From the NCBI GenBank assembly GCA_038114465.1, contig JAYNQW010000004.1:25528-89527 (forward strand): a stretch of DNA of 64,000 nt. The letters run 5' to 3'. The notes below the pieces were generated by a model. The model was given only the letters and a program-made list of their open reading frames with translations. It had not been told where the DNA came from and did no database searches. Below, one piece after another: positions 56,900-64,000 of this stretch. This stretch comes from Rhodospirillaceae bacterium. GTDB lineage: Bacteria > Pseudomonadota > Alphaproteobacteria > Rhodospirillales > CALINB01. Positions within the stretch are counted from its first letter, which is position 1. Each line of letters begins with the position of its first letter. The translations under genes and the position numbers were made by a program.

Positions 56900-57787
56900 T
56901 TATTGAGCTTGCTCGCGTTTTCGCAGTTGCTCGCGATGATAAATATAAAGGCCACTGGTGACGATGACGGCCGCACCCGATAGGGTCCAAATGCTGGGCA
57001 CGGTGGCGAAAAAACTGTAGCCGAAAATTGTCGACCAAATCAGATGCGAATAAAAATACGGCGCCACCGTCGGTGCCGGCGCAACCTGATAAGCCTTAAT
57101 CATCGCAAAGTGTCCGATCCCGGCGCTCGTTCCCATCATCGCCATCATCCCCCATTCGATCAGGCTCGGTTGAATCCAAACGAACGGAACAACCACACTT
57201 AAAATGATCGTGCCGCCGAGGGCCGAATACACCAACGATGTCGCCGCTGAATCGCTGTCGCTCACCCTGCGTGTGAATACTTGATAAAACATCTGGCAAA
57301 AGGCGGCACCGAGCATAAACAGCGCACCTGTTTGCATCATATCCGTCCCCGGGCGAATGATGATTAAAGCCCCGGCAAAGCCGAAGACGACACCGAGCCA
57401 ACGCCGATAACCGATACGTTCACCGAGAAACGGGGCTGCCAGCGCTGTCACTAGGATCGGCACTAGGAACATGATCGCGCTCGCATCAGCTAAGGGAATA
57501 TGGCTGATACCGGAAAAATAACATGCTGTTGCGACGATCATTAGCAACGAACGCAGACTTTGAAAACCAATGTGCGTGGTCTTCAGGGTACGGGGGAAAG
57601 CGATGCCGAGGACGGCGAGCAGCATAACGATATGGAACACATACCGCGCCCAGACGACTTGGGTAATCGAATAGTCCGCCGATAAGGTTTTGGCGAAAAT
57701 ATTGACGCTGGCGAGGAAGAAGCAGCCGAACAACATCCACAGGATGCCTTTTGCCGCCGACTGCGGCCCCCGTTTAGGGGCCTTCAT
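56900..57787 (-). CDS. DMT-superfamily (EamA-like) transporter
   Basis: It has about 10 TM helices. The ATG at 57787 (MKAPKRGPQ...) overlaps the upstream gene's stop by 14 nt. Confidence 0.8.
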   Translation of the reverse strand: MKAPKRGPQSAAKGILWMLFGCFFLASVNIFAKTLSADYSITQVVWARYVFHIVMLLAVLGIAFPRTLKTTHIGFQSLRSLLMIVATACYFSGISHIPLADASAIMFLVPILVTALAAPFLGERIGYRRWLGVVFGFAGALIIIRPGTDMMQTGALFMLGAAFCQMFYQVFTRRVSDSDSAATSLVYSALGGTIILSVVVPFVWIQPSLIEWGMMAMMGTSAGIGHFAMIKAYQVAPAPTVAPYFYSHLIWSTIFGYSFFATVPSIWTLSGAAVIVTSGLYIYHREQLRKREQAQ

Positions 57788-58925
57788 CAGCAGGCAAGCG
57801 AAGTTTACGCAAGGGAAACGGCTTACCGGCGTTCTTGATGAGCGCGTCTTCGTTGATATCCACGCCAAGACCTGGCGCCGTCGGAATCGGAATATATCCG
57901 TTCGTCGGTTTCAATTGGTTCGGCGAGACCTCATCGCCGAGCTCGACGAAGGGGAGGAAATATTCCGTGATGATGAAATTCGGCATTAAAGCGGACGCCT
58001 GAACCGTCGCCGCCAACCCGAGCACGGTTGAGTTATAGTTATGCGGCGACATGGCCACATAATGGGGCTCGGCCATTGCCGCGATTTCCTTCATCTCTAA
58101 TATTCCGCCAACGCTCGCGATATCGACATTGAGAATATCGGCTGCCATCGCATCCAGCACCGGTCGCACGCCGGCTTTGGCGTAAATTGCCTCACCGGTG
58201 ACCACAGGCAAGCTGATCTTGGCGCGGATTTCGGCCAAGGCATCGACGTTTTCCCACATGCAGGGCTCTTCGAAATAATACGGATTAAACTCGGCATAGC
58301 GGTCGGCCAAACGAATGGCATGCATCGGTGCCAGGCGGCGATGCAAATCGAGCAGAATATCGACATTCGGTCCAACGGCTTTACGTACGGTCCCGAGAAT
58401 TTCAACAGAGTAGTCTTCCTGCTCACGGGAAATGTGATTACGCCACGGTCCCGTAACCGGATCCATTTTGATCGCATCAAACCCATCTTTAACGACTTTT
58501 TCCGCAGCCTTGGCGTAATCCTTGGCACTGGTCATCTTGTAGTACCAGCCGTTGGCATAAACCCGGATTTTGTCGCGCACCGGGCCACCGAGAAGGTTAT
58601 AGACCGGCTGATTAAGCGCTTTGCCGCAAATATCCCACATCGCCGTCTCGATGCCCGAAACAGCGCTGTAAAATTCGAGTGAGCCGCGCCGCTGCGCGTA
58701 ATCATCGAAGGCGATTTGTGTGAAATGCTTGATTTGAAATGGATCGCGCCCGATCAAATATCGCCCCAATTCTTCGACATGAGCCGTCACCGCCCGGTCG
58801 CGGTCGTATTGCGAATATGCTTCACCCCACCCGACAACGCCATCATCGGTCTCGACCTTGACGTAAACCCAGTTTTTACGCCAGCCCGGGTGAACTGGAA
58901 AACATGTGACCGCCTTAACCTTCAT
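57774..58925 (-). CDS. Enolase-superfamily enzyme (mandelate racemase/muconate lactonizing; sugar-acid dehydratase-like)
   Basis: The N-terminal capping domain is VYVKVETDDGVVGWGEA. Barrel-domain acidic ligands lie in the expected spacing (KMD, EEP). 383 aa. Confidence 0.82.
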   Translation of the reverse strand: MKVKAVTCFPVHPGWRKNWVYVKVETDDGVVGWGEAYSQYDRDRAVTAHVEELGRYLIGRDPFQIKHFTQIAFDDYAQRRGSLEFYSAVSGIETAMWDICGKALNQPVYNLLGGPVRDKIRVYANGWYYKMTSAKDYAKAAEKVVKDGFDAIKMDPVTGPWRNHISREQEDYSVEILGTVRKAVGPNVDILLDLHRRLAPMHAIRLADRYAEFNPYYFEEPCMWENVDALAEIRAKISLPVVTGEAIYAKAGVRPVLDAMAADILNVDIASVGGILEMKEIAAMAEPHYVAMSPHNYNSTVLGLAATVQASALMPNFIITEYFLPFVELGDEVSPNQLKPTNGYIPIPTAPGLGVDINEDALIKNAGKPFPLRKLRLPADEGP

Positions 58926-58930
58926 CGCTT

Positions 58931-59731
58931 CTATCCTTTTCTATTTTCAGGTAGCCAATCTTTAATGGCTTGAAAATCGACCGAACGGCCAAGGCCGCGG
59001 CGCATGTTTTCAAGCCAGAATACCTCTTCAAACAACACGTTGGGGCCGATATTGATCGTTGGGCCGTAATTTAGCAAGAACCAGGTTTGCTGTTTGCGTT
59101 CGACGGATTCAATGATCAGGTTTTCGATCCCGACCAATTCAATAAGCTCGTGCATACGATCTGCGGTCGGCGCCTTGCCGTCTTTACCGAGAACCACATC
59201 CACTTCGCCTTCTTCGATGATGACAAATTTCGCCCCGGCGTCTAAAAGCGCCTTGATATCCTTGGATGCCGCTTTCGGATCGAGTGGCTCAGTGGGCGTT
59301 TTGATCCCCCATTCGAGCAACACATCAAAGCCCTTCTTCGCACATTGCTCGACCTTATTCATTTTTTCCTGTTCGGAAATCTCAAGATAATTGGTCGAGA
59401 CCTCAATCGCGCTGCAACCCGCGTCATATAAGTAATCGATTAATCTGTCCCAATGACCTTGCAGATGACAAATCTCGCCGGTCGTACCGCCGGTCAGCGT
59501 TTTAACGTCATAAGACTTGTACAGCTTAATCTGCTCGAGGAATAAGTCTTCCGAATAAAATCGCGGATTGTAATTGCGGAACTTCACGTAATCGATCCAG
59601 GCCGCACCGGTCTCCAGATAAGCATCGATCATTTTCAGGCCATAACCCGGATCACGCACTAGCGTGAGGCCCGACTTCCGCGGTTTATCTTCCCGTTCGA
59701 TAATTTCAATAAAATCGAGAGCGTATTTCAT
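58931..59731 (-). CDS. (2R)-phospho-3-sulfolactate synthase (ComA) family protein
   Basis: 266 aa with the N-terminus EREDKPRKSGLTLVRDPGYGL...DYVKF and a TIM-barrel-like layout resembling ComA/YitD. Confidence 0.6.
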   Translation of the reverse strand: MKYALDFIEIIEREDKPRKSGLTLVRDPGYGLKMIDAYLETGAAWIDYVKFRNYNPRFYSEDLFLEQIKLYKSYDVKTLTGGTTGEICHLQGHWDRLIDYLYDAGCSAIEVSTNYLEISEQEKMNKVEQCAKKGFDVLLEWGIKTPTEPLDPKAASKDIKALLDAGAKFVIIEEGEVDVVLGKDGKAPTADRMHELIELVGIENLIIESVERKQQTWFLLNYGPTINIGPNVLFEEVFWLENMRRGLGRSVDFQAIKDWLPENRKG

Positions 59732-59749
59732 TTCTAAGACCCCTAACCT

Positions 59750-60541
59750 CTAAATGTGTTTCGAGCGCCCACCATCAACCTTGATCTCAGTGCCGGTGAT
59801 CATCTTGCCCCGTTTCGAGGCCAAATAGACGACCGCCCCCGCGACGTCTTCCGCATCAACCGGCTCACCCAAAGGCACCAGCTCACGCAACCACGCCTCG
59901 GCGTCTTTTTCGCTTAAGCCTCGTTCTTTGGCGGTGATCTCGATCAACTCGTCGAAACGCCGGCCTGACGTAAACCCGGGCGTGACCACATTGACCGTAA
60001 TGCCTTTCGGCCCCAATGAACCGGCAAGACTTTTCGAAAAGCCGTGAGTCGCGGCGTTGATCGCCCCGGCCATCGCCGCCCAAGGAACCGGTTCCTTACC
60101 GTGCAAACCTGAGAGATTAATGATGCGGGCATGGTCGGACTTTTCAAGGTATGGCAAAGCCGCTTCGCACACGGCCATCAGGCCCAACGGTTTTGCATCG
60201 AGCCGGCGCATCCACTCATCATGAGATACCGCGCCCAAACCACCGCGCTTCGATCCGCCCGCGGCATTCACGACGATATCAAGCCCGCCCAATGCTTTGG
60301 CCGCATCATCGACGGCTTTCTTGACCCCTTCGTTCAAGCCGAGATCGGCAATCACCATCACGAACGTATTATCCGGATAGCGTTTTTCGAGATCAGCCAG
60401 CACTTCGGAACACAGCTTCTCGTCGCGCGCAAATAGCGCCACGGCGGCACCTTCCTTTGCGAACTCCTCGACACACGCCTTACCGATCCCGCGGGTCGCA
60501 CCCGAGATAAATGCCTTCTTGCCCTTTAAACCTAAATCCAC
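59750..60541 (-). CDS. Short-chain dehydrogenase/reductase
   Basis: It carries AFISGATRGIGKA and NAAG. 263 aa. Confidence 0.8.
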   Translation of the reverse strand: MDLGLKGKKAFISGATRGIGKACVEEFAKEGAAVALFARDEKLCSEVLADLEKRYPDNTFVMVIADLGLNEGVKKAVDDAAKALGGLDIVVNAAGGSKRGGLGAVSHDEWMRRLDAKPLGLMAVCEAALPYLEKSDHARIINLSGLHGKEPVPWAAMAGAINAATHGFSKSLAGSLGPKGITVNVVTPGFTSGRRFDELIEITAKERGLSEKDAEAWLRELVPLGEPVDAEDVAGAVVYLASKRGKMITGTEIKVDGGRSKHI

Positions 60542-60567
60542 TTTCTCGCCTCCCTTTTTCTGTAGTT

Positions 60568-61491
60568 TTATTTTTTTAGCTCAAGTGTAACACCGTTGTT
60601 CTGTTCCCACAGCTTCGCGACACAGGTTTGATCTTCCATGGCGCCGATCTTTTCAGACGCTTCCGTCCACAGCGCGCTGCACCGTTCGGCAACGGGCGCG
60701 AAGGCACCAATAGCATTGGCCATATCGACGGTGATGCGGGTGTCTTTGGCAAGCAAGGTTAAGTCCATGCCAGTGCCGAACTTGCGCGTGAGAATATGAG
60801 GGATGACTTTTTTCTCGATCGGGTTGTTGCGTCCCGTGGCTGCTGCCGTCATCGATTCCATCATAATATCCATATCAAGGCCGAATTTTGCACCTAAGGA
60901 TAGCGCTTCGATCGCCGTAATCAATGCACTCGCATTGACGTAGTTATTGAGCGCTTTCATGGCGTGACCCGCACCAAGATCACCGCAATAAAACAGGCTT
61001 TTGCTGTAGGCATCGAACACGGGCCGGCATTTTTCGATCAGCCCTTTGTCGCCACCAGCGGTGATTTCCAAGGTACCGTCGCGGGCGAAAACCATGCCGC
61101 CGGCAACCGGCGCATCAATCATCTCAATACCCTGCTTTGCGAGCTCTTTACCAAGCGCTTGTGTATCAACAGGATCGGACGTGCTGGCATCGATAACAAT
61201 TTTACCTTTGGACAGGCCGTTAATGACACAATCACTGTTACCGTCGCCCAAAATCACTGCACGGACAATCTTGCTAGTCGGCAACATGGTAATGACGATA
61301 TCGGCTTCCTCACCGAGAGCGGCCAGCGAGTCGGCCGCTTTAGCCCCCGGATGATCTTTCACAAACGATTCAATTTGCGCCGGGCTTGTATCGGAAACAA
61401 TAACATCAAACCCTGCCTTTGCGATAAAACCGGCCATGGGATAGCCCATTCGGCCAATACCAATAAAACCGACCTTTTTTATGTCACTCAC
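60568..61491 (-). CDS. NAD(P)-dependent 3-hydroxyisobutyrate-dehydrogenase-family oxidoreductase
   Basis: It carries VGFIGIGRMGYPMAG, DAPVAGG and KALNNY. Confidence 0.85.
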   Translation of the reverse strand: MSDIKKVGFIGIGRMGYPMAGFIAKAGFDVIVSDTSPAQIESFVKDHPGAKAADSLAALGEEADIVITMLPTSKIVRAVILGDGNSDCVINGLSKGKIVIDASTSDPVDTQALGKELAKQGIEMIDAPVAGGMVFARDGTLEITAGGDKGLIEKCRPVFDAYSKSLFYCGDLGAGHAMKALNNYVNASALITAIEALSLGAKFGLDMDIMMESMTAAATGRNNPIEKKVIPHILTRKFGTGMDLTLLAKDTRITVDMANAIGAFAPVAERCSALWTEASEKIGAMEDQTCVAKLWEQNNGVTLELKK

Positions 61492-61591
61492 GATAAACCT
61501 CTCTTAATTCAACGATTAAACTAAAACTGCCCTCCAACGGGATTTCCGAAGAAGGGCAGTAAAATTCACAACAAAAATCGAAAGAATCCGA

Positions 61592-62425
61592 TTATTTGCC
61601 CTCTTCGGCCCGCATCTGATCAACTTTTTCTTCAAGATATGGCATCGATTCAACAGCAGCGTAACGGACCGGCGCTTCATTGCCAGCCACCATACGTGCG
61701 GCATCACCTTTTCTGATTTGCACGATATCGCCTTCGCCCATGCTTTTCTTCTCACCGCCGACATCGGCATCCAGATTACCGGACATGAGATAAATGAATT
61801 TTTCATGTGCACTTTCAAATTCGGGCGTTTCAGTCCCCGGCGGGATGTCAGCAAACTCAAAAGCCAGCCGTTCACCTTCAACGCGGAATTTACGCCCGGC
61901 CGAGCGAACCGGCTCATCGAGGGAATCCAGCATCGGGTAATAGCAATTGCCGAGGCCTTCGATAATCGCTTGCGATTCATCGGCTGAGCCAGTGCCTTTG
62001 TTCTTACGGTCTTCGATTTCGCCCTTCTCAAACTTTTCGTTCACTTCCTCAATAGATAAAGCTTTTTCCGGTGGCTTTTCATTTGCTGCAACACCGACCA
62101 CGGTCCAGGTTTGGTCCTTCACGTAAAGATAGCTGAGCGGCCCCTCTTCCGTTGCTTTCATGGAATGGCGCGCAAAGGCCGGTGCATGCACAAAGGTTCC
62201 CGGTCTCACGATACGGCGGTCTTTGCCGACAATCGCATTGAGGACACCGTAAAACGGGAAAATCAACAATTCATTGGGGTGGTAATGCAACTCAGAACCC
62301 GTCCCCGGTTCTTTGAATACATTACAAAAGTACATGTATTGCCCCTCGATCACCGGGCCTTCGCCGGACGATAAATTGGGGGTCAGATAATTTCTGCCAA
62401 AATCTTCAAATCGATAAAAAGACAT
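61592..62425 (-). CDS. Bicupin protein (different subfamily from the tailed cupins)
   Basis: The ATG at 62425 is preceded by GGGAGGAAA. The first cupin unit carries GTGSELHYHPNE, and a second, degenerate unit is present. There is no YEPGFEP tail. Confidence 0.7.
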   Translation of the reverse strand: MSFYRFEDFGRNYLTPNLSSGEGPVIEGQYMYFCNVFKEPGTGSELHYHPNELLIFPFYGVLNAIVGKDRRIVRPGTFVHAPAFARHSMKATEEGPLSYLYVKDQTWTVVGVAANEKPPEKALSIEEVNEKFEKGEIEDRKNKGTGSADESQAIIEGLGNCYYPMLDSLDEPVRSAGRKFRVEGERLAFEFADIPPGTETPEFESAHEKFIYLMSGNLDADVGGEKKSMGEGDIVQIRKGDAARMVAGNEAPVRYAAVESMPYLEEKVDQMRAEEGK

Positions 62426-62580
62426 CGAGATATTTCCTCCCAAAGGCCGCCGCAAATAGGGGCTGGCTCAATTTAAAATTCTGAATTTCGGTATTCTCCC
62501 GAGCCCGAGTGGGCGGGAGCTCCCGGTGCGCTGTGCACCATACTGGTTCACTTTTTAACCGTCAACGAGACGGTCGCCCC

Positions 62581-63489
62581 TTAGCCGAACTCGATTTCCG
62601 ATTGCATGGCGATTTGGCCTTTGGGGTTAAGAATCCAAAGCTTTGCCGCCGATTCATCGTCATTGGGCTCACCGGAAACGGTAAAGGGCGTTCCCGAAAA
62701 CAATGGCGCCATGGCACGAAAACCGAATTTCTTTTGAAATGCATCGGGTTTGCTGCGCCGTGCTAGATCCAGCAACAGCGTTGCCAACAAGGGGCCGTGA
62801 ACGATCAGGCCGGGATACCCTTCTTCCTGTGTCACGTACGGTTCATCATAGTGAATGCGGTGGGTATTGAACGTCAGCGCGGAGTAACGAAACAATAAGC
62901 GCGGGTCCGGCTCAACATCCAAGGTCCACACCGCATTGCCTGGCGGTTCGGGTGCTTTTTTCGGTTTCGGTTTGTCTTTTTTTGCATCCGGCTTGTCTTT
63001 TGCCGCCTCTTTGGGCGCTTCGGGAGCCGGCCCTCGGTAAACGATGTCTTGCTCTTCGCTGACACATAAACCGTCTTCACCGAAATATTCGTGCTTGATC
63101 AGCAAAAAGACGAGATTGCCGCTACGGCCTTCCTTTAAATTCATATCGAGAATCGTGGATACTTTTTTGGCCTGCTCACCGACTTTAAGCGGCTTGATAT
63201 GATCTAACCGGCTACCCGCCCACATACGCCGCGGATAAGGAACCGGCGGCAAAAATCCGCCGAGTTTAGGGTGTCCATCTTCTTTGAGTTCGGATTGTTT
63301 TGCCTGTGGCAAAAAATAAAGCCAGTTCCACGCCAACGGCAGCGGATCACCGGCTTTCGGCGCGGGGTCATCTCGATCAAGGGTTGCCGATAGGCGGATA
63401 ATCGGCGATTCCGTTATGACATCCTCGAATTCTTCCGTCTTGCCGATCCACTGTTTCAGATGATCCATATCGATGTCTGAGGCGCTCAT
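62581..63489 (-). CDS. Double hot-dog (MaoC/HTD2-like) enoyl-CoA hydratase with K/P-rich interdomain linker
   Basis: The ATG at 63489 is preceded by AAGGGAGAA. The N-terminal half (PLPLAWNWLYF...MWAGSRL) and the C-terminal half (RYSALTFNTHRIHYDEPY...GLIVHGPL) resemble itaconyl/mesaconyl-CoA-hydratase-type proteins. Confidence 0.65.
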   Translation of the reverse strand: MSASDIDMDHLKQWIGKTEEFEDVITESPIIRLSATLDRDDPAPKAGDPLPLAWNWLYFLPQAKQSELKEDGHPKLGGFLPPVPYPRRMWAGSRLDHIKPLKVGEQAKKVSTILDMNLKEGRSGNLVFLLIKHEYFGEDGLCVSEEQDIVYRGPAPEAPKEAAKDKPDAKKDKPKPKKAPEPPGNAVWTLDVEPDPRLLFRYSALTFNTHRIHYDEPYVTQEEGYPGLIVHGPLLATLLLDLARRSKPDAFQKKFGFRAMAPLFSGTPFTVSGEPNDDESAAKLWILNPKGQIAMQSEIEFG

Positions 63490-63684
63490 AATGCAAGGTT
63501 CTCCCTTCAATTCGGCTAATCTTTGTATCCGTTGAATTGCCTTATAAGACAGGATACCCGGCGGTGCAACGAACCGCCCCGGAAACACTGAAAATTATCC
63601 ATTTTTATGTCCGGGCATTGACACATTGCAGAAATTCCGGTGTATCAAAGGAAAAGAAAGAACGAATTTTAGGGAGAAAAGACT

Positions 63685-64000
63685 ATGCCCCACGTTCCGG
63701 CTTCGGACGTCCTGTCACGCTTTACCGTATTGGACTTAACCCGTGTCCGCTCCGGGCCGACGGCTTCAAGACAGCTCGGCGATTGGGGTGCAAACGTCAT
63801 TAAGATTGAACAGCCCTCGGCGCTTGAAGCGGATGGTGCACTCGGCGCACCCCGGCATACGCCGGATTTTCAAAACCTTCAACGAAACAAGCGAAGCCTT
63901 ACACTGAACATGAAAGAGCCGGATGGCCTCGCCCTTTTTATGAAATTAGCTGAAAAGGCTGATGTCATCGTCGAAAATTTCCGGCCCGATGTCAAAGGTC
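63685..64000 (+). CDS. Family III (CaiB/BaiF) CoA-transferase, 3' end beyond window
   Basis: It carries RFTVLDLTRVRSGPTASRQLGDWGANVIKIE, NKRSLTLNMK and ADVIVENFRPD. A GGGAGAAAAG Shine-Dalgarno is present. Confidence 0.85.
   Translation, partial: MPHVPASDVLSRFTVLDLTRVRSGPTASRQLGDWGANVIKIEQPSALEADGALGAPRHTPDFQNLQRNKRSLTLNMKEPDGLALFMKLAEKADVIVENFRPDVKG

Overview
This window looks like chromosomal DNA from an alphaproteobacterium. The evidence is the dprA-topA-rnr and rluD-rpoH synteny and an alpha-type sigma-32; this placement is inference. Positions 1-21 kb are housekeeping genes: a partial MFS transporter, dprA, topA, rnr, an S41 lipoprotein peptidase, rpmG (too short for the ORF track), a Crp/Fnr regulator, a GT2 glycosyltransferase, hisZ, purA, a kinase-like protein with a membrane partner, rpoH, rluD, a JAB/MPN protein and tRNA-Glu(CUC). 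Positions 21.2-28.2 kb, downstream of the tRNA, are a variable stretch that includes an AT-rich block of orphan genes. Positions 28.8-64 kb are a dense catabolic island of about 35 genes with no classical regulator. The most unusual content is a family of at least 9 paralogous cupin domains. Five of these genes sit in tandem directly behind a His-rich COG0523 (CobW-like) metallochaperone gene. Most copies end in an almost invariant tail, [WH]-Y-E-P-G-F-[ED]-P-[DE]-x-K-K. One paralog is fused to a roughly 135-aa histone-H1-like lysine-repeat domain. A second COG0523 gene, tandem PrpD-family and TauD-family pairs, a phosphosulfolactate-synthase homolog and lysine-rich tails on several metabolic enzymes are also present. 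No CRISPR array, rRNA gene, transposase or integrase was recognised. All functional calls come from reading motifs by eye, because no database search was possible.
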